Below are positions 39,426 to 52,795 of a stretch of DNA of 64,000 bases, in pieces. Under the pieces are notes generated by a model. It had not been told where the DNA came from. It was given only the letters and a program-made list of their open reading frames with translations, and ran no database searches. The stretch is from NCBI GenBank assembly GCA_016748015.1, contig JAAOMT010000201.1, positions 1-64,000 of the forward strand, given 5' to 3'. This DNA comes from Geosiphon pyriformis uo1 (taxonomy: Eukaryota > Fungi > Glomeromycota). Within the stretch, counting starts at the first letter, position 1, and every line of letters begins with the position of its first letter. A program made the position numbers and the translations under genes.

Positions 39426-40129
39426 CACTCGGCGGAAAAAAGTCATGGGACACTTTACAATTAAAGAATGGAATGAAGTTATTTGGAGTGATGAATCAAA
39501 ATTTTGTCTTTTTTCTGATGGACCTCAAAAAGTTGGGAGCTAGAAAGGAACAAGATTTAACAAAGAAAATTTATCACCAACTGTAAATCATGCTGGAGGA
39601 AAAATTATGGTTTGGGAATGTTTTTGTAGAACTGGATTAGGTCTTTTAGTTTTAGTAGAAGGCATATTAAATAGGTTTGGATATATTGATCTTTTACCAA
39701 AACATTTATTACCATGGATTAATTATAAATTTTATCATAAACATTATTTATTTTAACAAGATAATGCCCCAATTCATACAACTAAAGATGTTAAGACTTG
39801 GATGGCTCAAAAACATCTCAATTTACTTTCTAAATGGCCAGCACAATCACCCGATTTGAATCCAATAGAGCATTTATGGGATTATTTACAAAAACAACTC
39901 AAAAAACGAAATCCGCGTCCCGAAAATAATCACAAATTACTCCTCGCGTTACAAGAAGAATGGCAAGCAATACCACGAAATATCTATATAAATTTAGTTA
40001 CTAGTGTATCTAGACGTATTGAAGAATGTATTAGAAAAGAGGGTGGACCAACTAGTTATTAAGTATTAAATAAAATAAAAAGTTTTTAAAGAAATAATAA
40101 AGTGTCCCATGACTTTTTTCCGCCGAGTG
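39426..40129 (+). mobile_element. Non-autonomous, internally deleted Tc1/IS630-mariner DNA transposon (704 bp)
   Basis: Perfect 32-bp TIRs (CACTCGGCGGAAAAAAGTCATGGGACACTTTA at 39426-39457; reverse complement at 40098-40129) and TA target duplications (39424-25, 40130-31). One reading frame carries WSDESKF, IMVWECF, QDNAPIH and WPAQSPDLNPIEHLW, with stops at 39541 and 39754. Confidence 0.97.
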
Positions 40130-40946
40130 TATGTTTTATCATATTTTAAATTTTTTTTGTTTGGGACTTGTGAATAAACAACTATCTCTCGATTTTAATA
40201 TATATTTTCCTAATATAATCTAGTACAAATTGCTAGCTGCATCTATTTACCATTTGATCAGTTGATTTATTACATTGTCCAATTATTTTAATTCCTCGAT
40301 TCCCCATCATTGTGCTCTCAACCAAACTTTTCCGTTATCAAAACTGACTAAAAGTTTTTAATAAATATTTCTTTTTTTGTCGCAGCTATAAAACGACAAA
40401 GTGATACATTGCAAAAATTGGGAAAAAGAATTTGTTTATCATACAAACAATTCATTATACTTTTGACGAAGCAAAATTCACTATCAGTAATAAAAGATTG
40501 TGAAAGCCTGAATCCAATTTAAGAAAATAGGCAGTGACCCCGACCATTCCAATTCTGATCAGAGTTTTATTTAAAATTCCAAATTTGGTATCATATTTTC
40601 GTTAATAGGAGCTAAGCCTTAGTTTTCATGGCTAATATTGATATGTGCCCTTTCATTAAGTTTCCTTTATTCAGGATTTTAGATGCTTAAATCTTCATTT
40701 TGTGCCGTATATGAAAACAAAAAAATACAGGAAAATTTTATTAACGAGGCTATTTCGGATCAAATATGGTGAAATTGGCAAAACTGGTTCCTCCACACTA
40801 TACAGAAATTCACGTATGTGGCGTTGCTTATATCATCACTATTCTTATCGTCCGAATTTTCTAAAAAAAAAGCGCCATGTAGAAGTCATTTATATGCCAC
40901 TTCAAGCCCGTTTCTAAAAATTCTGAAAAATTAGAAACAGCAGAAA

Positions 40947-43900
40947 ATGATTCACTCTATGAAAACTCCAGATTTATTGAGACTACTTTTATTTATCACT
41001 TTACTTTCGATTTTTAACGAAAACACATTAGCATACCGCAATTTCTCATACACTGAGAAGGAAACATTGGAAATTGGGATCTATCCAGGGGATACTGGTT
41101 CTTTTGATGATGGGACCATAATGTTCTGACTTGCTAAAACGGGAAAAAATGAAACTGTACAGATCCAAAACTAAGAATTCGCTTGATACGACCAAATGGA
41201 AAAGTTGTTACAATTACAGTACAATCTCATATCCCAGAATTTAATTTCTGCCAAAACATTCTTCCACCTGAAATGACTATTAATATTCTTCCAATGATAA
41301 GCGACTTAAAAATTCTAGTTACTTATTTTGAGAGCAAAGATATGAAACTGTTTCAGTGCAAAGGATTAATCCTGAACTTTTAAGGAACGATACAAGGGTA
41401 AGAAACTGACAAGATTCATCACGAATGAAAACCGAATTTTCGAATCAGATATAAAATTGAATTGCTGATAAATTTTTAGGGATTCAAAAGATCTATCGCC
41501 TTTATTGCCTCCGGCTAAAACTGAATTTTTATATACTATTCATCCTATCAAATCTTTTGGCTGGATTTTTGTTAATAGTTATAGTGAAATGAAACAGGTG
41601 ATGTGGACTCAATTTAATAATCCGTAAGTTTAGACTGGTTTAAAATAAAAATGTAAATATATCTTTTTGAAAGTAATTTCACTTGTATTTTGTATAGTGA
41701 TCCTGATGGAAAAGTAAAAGTTCTTCGAAATCAGACATTGAATTTAACCTATTCAGGCGCTAATATATTTTGCACGCTTGATGGTTCATATGCATTAGCT
41801 TATACAAGGAATAATACCCACAATATCACAAACCTTTCAGAAAAGTTAGATACACAATTATCATATCATGTCACATTTCTACGACCTGATTTAAAGAATT
41901 TTGGGGGAGAATTCACTCTCTGGCAAACCTCTGTACCGCTGGATTCCTTTCAGATAACTTCTTGTTTGTTTGATCACTTCGAACCAGGCGCTTTTTACAT
42001 TATAAAAATTCAAATGAAGGCAGAAAATAAGAATTCTAAAGGGCCTTTAATTTTCCTTAAAATTTCCTTTCTCTCGACTGGGGCGACATATGGAGTCATG
42101 AATTTAAGCCAAATGGTAAAGGAGAATCTGGAGACATATTATGTATTGCCTCTCCAGGAGGGTGGATATTTATATATTATGGGAATAACCAAAACTAGTT
42201 TTAAAAGTTTTAATGTCTATGATCAAGACATCAAGCTTAATGCAACCGCTCAGGACATTTTTCAAAATCAAAATTTCACTGTGGCTGGAAGTTATTTACA
42301 AATCAATAACAGTAATTGGTTCCTTACTATAAAAAATCATACTTGGAATGTTGTTTCAGCTGCTCTTCCAAAGTTCGTTCCAGGTATGTTTTAACTATTA
42401 TTGGTCTAAGCATTCTTTGAAATCAAAGATTCTAACTTTTGTCCTTAATCGTAAAAAGATAATCCATATCAAAACCAGCAAATTAGCACAAGCATACCTA
42501 AAATAAATGGGACAGTCATAAAAGGAGAGTAAAAATTATCCATTACTTTTAATAAAGCAGTTTTTCTCTCAACGAGAAACGCATCCATATTTCAGTACGA
42601 CGATGATAAGGAAACGTTCCGTCAAGCTATACTTCCTATTTCTGATTACGCTAACGTTAATAAAAATACGGTTTCCATGACCGTTCTCAGTAGCATCTTT
42701 AATAAACAAGGAGGAAAATATTATGTTTCTTTTGACCCTAATTTTGTAAAAGATGAGATTGGTGAACCGATTCTTGGAATTGATTCAAAGATTTGGGAAT
42801 TTAGTGCTATGTTATATTAAATGGGATGTCTTAAAGGATTAATGATTTTATCTCATCGAGAAAAAATACATCTCCACATCTTATTATTTTAAAGTAAATC
42901 AGGCGGAATCAGAAATACACGCAGGTAAGTAACAGTTATGATATATGTTTTAACAGAAAAGTACTAAATCGTAGTAAAATTTCAGATTCCGTTACTGGGC
43001 TGCTTCGTCTCACTACCAAATGCACAAATAAATATGAAGGCCTGAATAAGACAGAAAAGCACAAATTTTATTACAATTTAAAATCAAATTTATCCACCAT
43101 TATCCTATCGATAATTCACGTTTAATACCAAGTTATAAACAAAAATATCAATCCGCCTCCTCAACAAGAATTATTCTATCATTTAAGATTTTACCAGACG
43201 AGTCTTCGGAGAGCTCAGTGAAAAATATTGGACACACTTGTGACTAACAAATTCATCACTGCTATCTCTAAAACATATCCCTCTAATTGTTTAGATAAAA
43301 CTTTTGGATTTCACCTTAATCGTAAGTAAATTTAACTGATGGTTAGCAATGAACTTTATATTTTTACTGCTAATATCCTAAAATCATTAATAATTTTAAT
43401 TCCTAATGTTTTCAGCGAATATATGAGAAATTTATAAAATTTCAAATAATCTCAACAATTTTTGGGTTAATAGTAGCAGTTTTGATTGTTATACTTGCGA
43501 ATCGTATCTATCCCGAGGTAATTCGATCCTAATATATATCAAATTATATTTTCAGGCCATTTCATTCTTTAACCCCTCATAAATTTTATTTTAGGGAGCT
43601 AATACAGCAATATTAAGACTTTTCCTTATCATATTGCATTTTGTTTTTGAGGTTTTGTTTATTTTTAAGAATGGAATGGATGTAAAATGGCTTTATATTC
43701 CAAGGTATTTTGTTGATATTACTCGAATGATTATCATTCATTTTATTAAATGATTTTTCTCGTCATCTAAATCTTTAGCGTGGCAATCCTTGCATCAACG
43801 CTAGGTATAAATTTTGGACTAGCCTTTTTCATCACAACATGGGAATCTCATTTTAATATAGGTCAGAAAGACATTAGGTTCTCAACTNNNNNNNNNNNNN

Positions 43901-44554
43901 NNNNNNNNNNNNNNNNNNNNNNNNNNNNNNNNNNNNNNNNNNNNNNNNNNNNNNNNNNNNNNNNNNNNNNNNNNNNNNNNNNNNNNNNNNNNNNNNNNNN
44001 NNNNNNNNNNNNNNNNNNNNNNNNNNNNNNNNNNNNNNNNNNNNNNNNNNNNNNNNNNNNNNNNNNNNNNNNNNNNNNNNNNNNNNNNNNNNNNNNNNNN
44101 NNNNNNNNNNNNNNNNNNNNNNNNNNNNNNNNNNNNNNNNNNNNNNNNNNNNNNNNNNNNNNNNNNNNNNNNNNNNNNNNNNNNNNNNNNNNNNNNNNNN
44201 NNNNNNNNNNNNNNNNNNNNNNNNNNNNTAATATTTTTTTCGATTTGAAATCGAAATTTAATTGGTTTTATTTTCTTTCAGGTCTTGTATTGGAAAAAAG
44301 TTGTAACGTGGGATATCATTCCTCTAATGACTCTAATTCTCAGCGCCGTTCTCCTTCTCAGCAATATATTGCACAAAATATTTTTCTTAATCCAACAGCT
44401 GAAAAAACCAAAACACCAGAAAGTCCCAAATTTTCTTAAGGACGAAGAGGAGTTCAACAATTTAAAAAATAAAAAACTTAATGCGAATGCCTTTGATCTT
44501 GAGCCTTCGGATTCCTCCACAGTTATTGCAGATCACAAATCTGGCTCGTTATGA
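40947..44554 (+). pseudogene. Decayed multi-exon gene for a signal-peptide + SbsA/Big_5 Ig-like + multi-TM membrane protein
   Basis: Signal peptide (LLRLLLFITLLSIF); LIRPNGKV..IPEFNFC; exon at ~42460-42810 with ITFNKAV...YYVSFDPNFVKD..GEP..WEF (Big_5-like by eye); hydrophobic exons at 43.4-44.4 kb; GT-AG introns. Stops at 41127, 41381 and 42530, plus frameshifts. Spans an N gap. Confidence 0.7.
43888..44228. other. Assembly gap (N run)
   Basis: Run of N. Confidence 1.
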
Positions 44555-45849
44555 AAACCTTGAGCCCTAAAAAACATTGATCGTATGATATTTTTATAGT
44601 ACCTTTGGATAGTCTTGCTGCCAAGTTAGATTGGCTGGAAACCTCACTGTCATTGTCGTTTTGCAGCACGGAGAAGGTATTTTTGGAATCTTGGGTCGAT
44701 GACAAATTCGTAGAGAGGCTAACATGCAAATTAAAACCGTAATGTATAAAAGGGTTAAAAATTAATTACGATATTAATCATAAGTAGCATTTCATTTAGT
44801 ACTGTATCCTCAAAAATCTATTTCAAGATTTTGACGTATGGCGTCTCTTTGCCCTAAATCAGATGTTTTGCATCTAGATCCTGTTTTTCTTAATTTAAAG
44901 ACCTTTTAAAATTACCTCTCTGAGCTCATATTTTGCAATTGAGTTATTATTAACTTCTAATCTTAGCAATTCTTTTCATTTTAGTATTGACATTAAACAT
45001 CAAAGAGTTTCTAAATTTATTATCCTAATATCAAAATGAACTTGATATTAAATGTTTTTTATTCCATTAGCTAAATTCGTGATTTTACACCTAGCCTTTT
45101 ACTATTTCGAAGAAGTTAAAAAAACCCAAAACAGTGACGGTATCTGAACGAAAACATTATAAAAAAGGAAAAAAGATGCTTCGCTAACTTGCTGTTAGAA
45201 CTTGTGATATCTATTCACTAGCCTTTCGAAATAGTTTTTTTTGAATTTTCTTATGAACAAGTTCATCATAAGCTTTTAGTCGATTTAAAATTAGTAAAGA
45301 TTATAAAGAAATTTTTAGATTTAAACTTAATAAAGCGAAGTTCATTTAATCAAGGGTAGAAATTGTGTTTATTTTTCCATATCTACCTTGAACGGATGAA
45401 AAGTTTGTTATATTATTTCCTTATTGTTCGTTTAATTTCGAAAATTCATTGCGTATGGAGTCAGGATTATTAAAAAGTTTAGCATAGTATTTAATGCTTG
45501 ATTATTCAATTTGCTTTAATTGGCCACTAAAATGAGACATTAATCAAAGCTACTCTTAACAAAAGTTTAGTGTAGATAATTTTCTGCTTTTCTGCTTAGA
45601 AAAATGAAATAGGATGCCAAATTTTATTATTAAAGTCTGAAATAGATTATATTTTGTGAGAACTCTATATCTCTGATCATGATTTAAATAGGTACATTTT
45701 GCAAAAAAATGTTTTTTTATGGAGAGCATGAATCATCGATAAAAGTCGCTTTTCAAAATCACCTGCCTATTAATAAAGCCACTCTGGAATGCTTTTTCAA
45801 AATCACAATTTTCTAATGACCTGACCTGATGATGAATAGCAATATTGCA

Positions 45850-46830
45850 AGGATACCCTCTTTGACGTGGTTTGGCGAATTTCCTCATTGTAGTATACTC
45901 CTTCCAGTCTTACCAGAAAGCGCTATGTCAAGCCAGTTATATTTGTATCTTTTGTCCTCTTTTTTTTCGAAATTTGTCAACATATTTATCGCTTTTATCA
46001 CAGACACGCATATTTTTTCTATATTATGCTTCAAATATTTTCAATGGGTTAAGTACTGCCCTATATGATGAATACGGCAGAATATGACATGGAAGACTTG
46101 CTTGGAAGTCATCAGGCACATCATTAGAGCTGTTTTATTCTGCTTAAATACCCACTGATGCCCACATTTCTTAGTTGCAATTGTGATAAAGGTGGTTGTT
46201 TAGTATCTCAAGATAGATATGAGAGTTCAAATTATAAATATATGAAAACCAATCTTGTCATGTTCAACGATCGTCACACAAATATGCAGATTGAAGGGCT
46301 CCTTTACCATTGATCCTATGGGTTGTTCATTTCTAATAGGAGTTTCGAAACATCTCCAAAGTTGTTTACTTGGAGAATAAAGTCTTACGAGAGTTGTAAT
46401 AGCGATGGTCACGCGTCCAACGTAAGCAGTTCTCGTTAAAATTTTCAGTTAGAAGAGGAACACACTAGGGTAGAACGACAATGTGGCCAAGCCTTGTTTG
46501 CCAACTTCAAAGCCCCTATACGTTTCTTCGAGTCATGCTTTGATCTCGGCTGCTGTGGCAGAATAATTTCCTTACGTGATTTTGCAGATCTGGCGATGTT
46601 TACGAGGCGGTCAGAACGATGAATTTCCGAAATCTGGCCTTCTTGCGAAGGAAGGTAATGTAATGTTCACACGAGGGAAGTGAGGCATCATTTAGTTTTG
46701 TGAATTCGGTTGCATTGTGCCAAAAGTACTTGACGACTTGCAGCGACATCAGGTAAACAATGTATCGATCTTCTTTGAAGGAGGTCGATAACACGACGAA
46801 TTTTGGTAAAAGTCTTAACGCCATTATTTT
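45850..46830 (-). mobile_element. Highly degenerate Tc1-like transposase relic
   Basis: Ordered motifs across shifting frames: SATAAEIKA*LEE; VPLLTENFNENCLRWTRDHRYYNSRKTLFSK*TTLEMFRN (cf. PLLT..RL.WA..H..W.K..FSDE); NLNSHIYLEILK; QWVFKQNK (cf. FQQDN); SSYRAVLNP/IENI*SII (cf. SPDLNPIENIW). Locally raised GC. No TIRs found. Confidence 0.7.
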
Positions 46831-49800
46831 TCTCCGGTACTGACTTCTTCAAGCGAAAACATCATTTTAAATTTTTGGAAATTTGCAAGGTTTAATAAAT
46901 AAGAGGAAGGCCATGGCCAATGAATATACTATAGCTGAGACTAAAGCTACCATAATTTGATATATTTATTATGGATTCAGGAAATCCTTAAATATTGGTT
47001 TTTTATGAAATTTAATTCTTTTTTGTAAGTTTTCCAATAGTAAAAATAAGATCTTTTAAAAAATAGATAAATAAAAGTCAAAAAAATTTAGTATTCACAT
47101 TCGTAGTACTCAGTTTGCTATTTATTTAATTAAAACGACCAAAAAAAAGAATTTTGTGCGTAAAGGCCCAAAATTTTATTTAGAAAAATATATGGTTTTG
47201 TTTTAAATTTGCCCATTTTAATTGCTATAAATTTTTGGCATGGAAATTTCTTGACCCAAATATTTAAAATAGCTGGCTTTCATCATAATAAAAATGCTTA
47301 AATTTTGTGATTTTTTATCACTTGTAAAATTTTTAATTATTGTTTTGAAAATGGAAAGCAAAAATAATTTTTACTATATATCAGATGAATTCATTTTAAA
47401 TTTCTTATTATCTCAAAAAATTCCTTCATTTAGTTACGATTTTTTACCTCATCGTAAAATATTATTTAATCATTTAAGAGACTCGCTTTTTGGACTAAAA
47501 TTTTGGCAAGAGTATATAAAAATAATTTTTTTTTATTTTTTAGCAAAATTTGAAATTCAACTAATTGATGAAAAAGTTTATATATTTAAAGAATATTTTT
47601 GGACTTGATTAAAATTTATTGATGAAATTTATTACCTTTAATTTCCAGACATTTTTCATACACAAATAAGATATTGTCCACTTTTGATTGAATGATAAAA
47701 TTCTTTTTGTCCTCAACTTTAAGTTCTTACTTAATCAATGAAAACTAATTTTTTCAGTCAACTTGGTAAATGTTTTCACTGAAAATATTAATGACACTCA
47801 GGAGTGAACTAAAAATGCTTTTGAAAAATAATGAATTTATATTTTGGAGTGAAAGCGCGCACAATGTAAAGAAAGTCAGAATTGTAAATTTCGTTAAGAA
47901 GGATTGTCAAAAATGAATTTTTCTGGTTAACTTTTGCTGGAAATATAAACTAGATAGGTACCTTTTAATTTTACTGATTTGTAAAAAAAAAACCTCGTTT
48001 ACTATCAAAAAATTATAATCCAAAACAAAAAACGTTAACACTAACAATTCACAAGAATGAAATTTTCACACATAAAGTTAGCCAAGATGAGGTACTTGAC
48101 CAAGAGCCCAAGCAAGAGACTATTTGAATGGGTAAAAATACAAATTATAATTTTTAAAACAGGATAAGTATTTTACAAAAAAGTCAAGTTAAAACATGTT
48201 TCTTAACAAGATCTATTTAACTTTGAGTAAATATTTAAAAAGTAACTTTATTTTTAAATGTAGAAATCAAGTTCTTTTTTCAATGATTCTTTCGAATCAA
48301 ATGTAGCCATTTTTTAATATCTATTTTAATCAATAGAAATTCTCAGTAATATTATTATTGAGGAGGGAATTCAACCTTAAAAATTTACATGTATTTGGAA
48401 TGCTCTAAAATACATAAAAGGATAAAATTATCCTAAAATGATGCCAATTTAAGTAGGTCTTATGATAATTGATGTTGCCTGCAGTCACAGGTAGCATAAC
48501 ATCATTCCGAATTAAGTTCATATGAAAATTACCGGAAGATCATCAGCTGACCTTTGCATTCAAAATGAGCCATAATTCCTAAATCGGTATTAAAATTTCA
48601 GAAAAGTTTATTTGATAAAGCTTTTTCTAGAATTTTCTATTGTACTTTTCCATATGAATAAATATTGGTAATTGACCCTTAAAGATTTTATGTTTTTGGT
48701 AATAAAAGTTTTTTCCATTTATCATAATAAAAACATTCAAACAAAATTTCAAATGGTAATTGAAAAGAATTTAATATAAAAAATAATATTCTGATCAACC
48801 TTTTGCTTGATCACAAAATTAACAATATCCTTAACTTACAACTATGAAAGTTTCCAGAATTTCTTGTCCATAAAAAGGAATCAATAAAATTATAAATGCA
48901 ATTTTTTTTCTAATAAAATTTAAAGGCATATAAAGTAACTAATTAAAGATTCAGTAAGTTCAGAGCACGTCTTCCATCCTTGAATATTGAACTTTAAAAA
49001 TAAACAAATTTTTTTTTAAAAATACGTTCTTTCCAAGAAATCTTTCATCTATATTTAGCTAGGAGAGCAATTATTCGGTATGTGATTCGGGTCAAGATTT
49101 CCAAATAGACTTTTGAAAAAATGAATATTATATTTGGTAATAAAAATTACTTTGTTCTTTATCCTTTGTCATATTATGAAACCTCATGTTCTCACAATTA
49201 CAAACTTTGACTCTAAGCCCATAGAAACCAAAGGGAAAATTTTTTATAACTTTTAAGCATTAAAATGTAGCAAAATGCAAGATCCAAATATAAATAGAGA
49301 TAAAGAGAATTTTCTTTTTTTGATTTGGTACATTAAGATACCACCACAAGTAGGATTTATAGATGTATAAAGTCAGTAACTAGCCCTATTCTGGGGCATA
49401 GAAGCAAGTCGTTTGAATAACAACTATGATCATTGTTTAAAATGAGAAACAATGTGGAATAGGCCACGTCGATCCTGAAATTTGGTAATCTAAAGAATTA
49501 AAGCTTATTTTTGTGCTGTATTTAGTGGCTAATAATTTGAAATTGAGACCCTGTTGAGCAAAAGCTCATGCACAAAACTGAATTAAAAAGTTTTGCATGA
49601 AAATGGTATCATGCTAAATCCTCCTATTTTTAAGATATCTATTTTTAAAGAAGCTGACAATTATATCCAAAGAGAAAAAATGCTAGATAATATAACTGAG
49701 AAAGCTAAATTCGAAAACTTGATTTTCCTGACGCATAATGCGTCATGCCTCCTTGGGTCAAATTAAAAGCTTGCCAGAAATTGGCATTAGGTTAATTTTA

Positions 49801-50095
49801 GCATATACTTGAATAACCACTTAAATTCAAAAGTTTTATCGTATTAACACCAAAGACAATAATTACTTGAGAACTTCCTCTTTCTCATGATTCAATTTAT
49901 ATATTTGCAAGTCAAAAGTTTTCTTAACTTATTACTCTTAAAACCAATCATTTTAAATTTTTATACTCTCATAAATACATATATTATATATACTACATAT
50001 TACATTGAAACTTCTAGATTGCTTATATTTTTTTCAAATTCTTAAAATTGTTCATTGTTCGGTGAAAATAATTTATCTAAAGAAAATAAAGGATG

Positions 50096-50962
50096 CTATT
50101 CATATAAATAAATAAAATTGTTGGAGAAATTGATAAAATCAGTTATTTCTCCAGTATCTATATTTGTTGAAGCAAAATTATTTACATATGCAGGTGTTGG
50201 AGTAAACTCTGGAAGATTATGGGACAAACTGATATACTCATAATTTCCATCATTGAAGTTTTCTTCATAATTAAATCCCAAATTTGCGTCATCTTGGAAC
50301 AAAAATGTATTCCCTGGATACAGTTCTTGTTGAATGTAATCACAATTGCTTTCGAGGTAGAAGAATATGTCTTGATTATGATGTCCTTCCAGGTTATCAG
50401 TATATGTGTCAATCGAAGTGTTCGAGACTTGATCTTCAAAGTGGGAAAAAGGAATATTGTCTTCTGTATTGATGTTGAAAACGTTTGGTTGGTTTTTAAA
50501 GTCTACATGTAACGAAGGATTTTCCATCTCCTCTTTAGATGTGTCACTTAAAGTCTCGAAAATCTCCAATTCCAAATTAGCTTTTTCATCCTTACTTTTA
50601 TGTAAGTTTCGACGATTCTTTTTTGATGCTTGATCGCGAGGAATTGAATCCCAAAGAAAATTTTGGTACCATCGATTGAAAGACTCTTTAGCATCGCGAG
50701 CCCTTTGCTCAAAAGATTTTTTAACTTCATCACTCTCTTTCTTCCATGAATCTCTGGATAACCGAGATTTGTCTGACAAAGAAATCTTTGGTTGGTGTTT
50801 AGATATTGACTTACAAAAAGCCATACGATATATTATATAAGCATTCGGAATATTACTAAACTTTCCAGTTTTCTTGGCCCTTGCAATTGCTCGAGCAATT
50901 ATTTCATCAATAATAGGAGGTGAAAGAATTTGATATGACTTTTGTAAAATAAATTCTGACAT
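50096..50962 (-). CDS. MATA-type HMG-box transcription factor (copy 8)
   Basis: NIPNAYIIYRMAF...LSDKSRLSRDSWKKESDEVKKSFEQRA; acidic/aromatic tail; no coil motif. Confidence 0.9.
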   Translation of the reverse strand: MSEFILQKSYQILSPPIIDEIIARAIARAKKTGKFSNIPNAYIIYRMAFCKSISKHQPKISLSDKSRLSRDSWKKESDEVKKSFEQRARDAKESFNRWYQNFLWDSIPRDQASKKNRRNLHKSKDEKANLELEIFETLSDTSKEEMENPSLHVDFKNQPNVFNINTEDNIPFSHFEDQVSNTSIDTYTDNLEGHHNQDIFFYLESNCDYIQQELYPGNTFLFQDDANLGFNYEENFNDGNYEYISLSHNLPEFTPTPAYVNNFASTNIDTGEITDFINFSNNFIYLYE

Positions 50963-52709
50963 TTTTAAACTTTTTTTGACAATTCAAAAACTCTGAGTAA
51001 ATTTTTCGACCTCTTTTTATGTTGAATTTTAAAGCCAAATAAATCTCTTCTCAATTACGCAACCAAGTTTTTCTCATGCTCAAAAAACTTGAAACACACT
51101 TTAGAATTTGTAATTCGAGAATGAAAGAAATTCTTAGGTGAGAAGAAAGACACCTCATTAAATCTAAGCCTCATTGAATTGCCAAGTTTTGAAAAATATC
51201 CTCTTTGACTTTTTACCTAGTCATGGAATTCTAGATTAAAATATCTGACATGTTACACCATTCGAATAAAAGCTAAAAATTGAAATAGGTATGGTTTCCT
51301 GATTTTAGATTTACTTTTTTATTAAATTTTTTTTTGTTCTTAAAAGACTATTCGAGGCATCAGTGACACCATTAGAGTAAAAATATCTATTACCAAGGTA
51401 AAGGGATATAATAAATAATGGGCTGACAATGACAAAAACGAGAAAAAAATTTTGATAATATAGTGTACGAAGTAATAATAATATAAAAATTGATAATAAT
51501 CTTCATCTATTTAGATAACAATATTTAAAGCTAAATTTGATAATTCAATAAATTTTTTATTTTAATTCAAGATTAACCGGAAAATTAATTAACCGTTAAA
51601 TAAATCCGTATTTGTTAAGTCAAATAATGGGGAAGTGTTTCAATAAATTCCGATTGGGCATTAGGATAATTCCAAAATCAATAAGGTTATCTTAAGAAAA
51701 ATAAATATTGTTATAAATCTTTAATATTGTACTTTTTTATATTTAAGCATTATATTAAAATTTCATAAATTTTCATTTAAAACTTTCATGAATTTATTTT
51801 AGAGAACTTTTTTCACCATAATTAAATCTTTATTACATGTTTTTAATTTAAAAATCTATTAAAAGTCAATTCAATGAATAAATTCAGAGAAATAATTTTT
51901 TCATTCTCGATCCTTCTAAATTATTATTATTAAAGTTTGCTTACTAACTCATTGTTAAAATATCCAAATTCTCCTATTGACTTCGCCCGAGCAATTTTTT
52001 TCAAAAAGTAGTAGCTTCTCGTTGCTTATTCAGCTTTGCCACCATTTGTAATTCAATTCAAAATGATTATTTACTTTTCGAATAATTCTTCAAAAGTCTA
52101 TTAGCTTCAACATTTCGAAAGATTAGAGAAACATTTCACCAAATATTCTTTGTTAGCTTCACTAGATTGAAACGTATGTTGTCAAACAATATTTTTTGAA
52201 CATTAAACAACCGAATTTTTCTAAAGATTGAACAAACACGTCACATCTTTCACATCATTTGAATTCATTTAAGATTATGTCTAGGGTTATAATTATTTAT
52301 AAAATTGGTTGATGTCGTCTCACTAAATAATTTTTTGGTAGTTTCATGCTCACTTCGGCCTTACTGCAGGTTCATATTGTACTTATTTACGTAAGTTCTT
52401 GAGAAAATAAAAAAAGATTGCTGCCAACTTGGATGTGACTCAACACCAATGTAAATGCTTATTTTCTGTACTACCTCACCGTATTAGGTCAAAAGAAAAG
52501 TATAATAGTAAATATTCCCTTAAAAAGCATTCTAATATGAAACAGGAGTTGATTTAGACAAATATATTTACGGGTAAATTTTAAAGTATTCTCAAGATCT
52601 GTACTAGGTTTATATGAAAATAGAACTATAATAAATCAGAAATTACCCTGAATAAAGGGTATTTTTTTTGTAACAAATCATCTGTCTGAAAATTTACTTT
52701 TAAAACAGG

Positions 52710-52746
52710 TATTATTACTATTATTATAATTATTATAATTATTATA

Positions 52747-52793
<47 letters not shown>
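52710..52793. repeat. (ATT)n-type microsatellite
   Basis: Visible directly. Confidence 0.9.

Positions 52794-52795
<2 letters not shown>

Noticed and set aside
43780-44439. 219-aa ORF
   Set aside because: Artefact of reading through the N gap.
49361-49376. Second adapter-like string agatgtataaagtcag
   Set aside because: Several differences from AGATGTGTATAAGAGACAG; compatible with chance.
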